Shown here piece by piece: positions 63,956 through 64,000 of a DNA stretch of 64,000 nucleotides; the first letter of the stretch is position 1; every line of letters begins with the position of its first letter. This stretch comes from the human T2T-CHM13v2.0 reference genome, Homo sapiens. Below the pieces are notes generated by a model. The model was not told where the DNA came from. It saw only the letters and a list, made by a program, of their open reading frames with translations, and did no database searches. The translations under genes were made by a program, and so were the position numbers. The DNA lies in NCBI RefSeq assembly GCF_009914755.1, contig NC_060944.1; one strand, written 5' to 3'.

Positions 63956-64000
63956 GGGGCAGGTGCTGAGAGAGTGATGGGGACCTGAACCCTGAGAAAG

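Noticed and set aside
63016-63977. RD/RE-rich ORFs resembling SR-related splicing factors
   Set aside because: Translation of a GA-rich minisatellite, open in multiple frames.

Overview
GC-rich primate (probably human) intergenic or intronic DNA of subtelomeric character. I find no credible protein-coding gene, RNA gene or CRISPR array; the long ORFs in the track come from low-complexity repeats or from GC-rich sequence with few stop codons. The window contains: (i) many TE relics, including about 11 Alus or Alu fragments, old L1M pieces, a THE1/MST solo LTR, three MLT1 LTRs, MER2, MER47, MER53, MER63A, MER5A, MIR and L2; (ii) a decayed Hsmar2 mariner nested in a roughly 6 kb antisense L1 and itself carrying an Alu; (iii) a dense series of tandem repeats, from two-copy duplications to a 2.9 kb 12-mer VNTR with a 660 bp higher-order duplication, several of which arose inside TE relics; (iv) non-repetitive AT-rich islands packed with homeodomain, CDX/HOX, TCF, MEF2 and RFX/NF-Y motifs, which look like distal enhancers of a developmental locus outside the window. 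Repeat family names come from recalled consensus sequences, not a RepeatMasker run, and I could not identify the locus. I cannot demonstrate a new biological system. The best leads are the TE-seeded minisatellite series, the candidate enhancer array, a 30 bp dispersed motif present twice, and a few strong splice signals suggesting an unannotated lncRNA.
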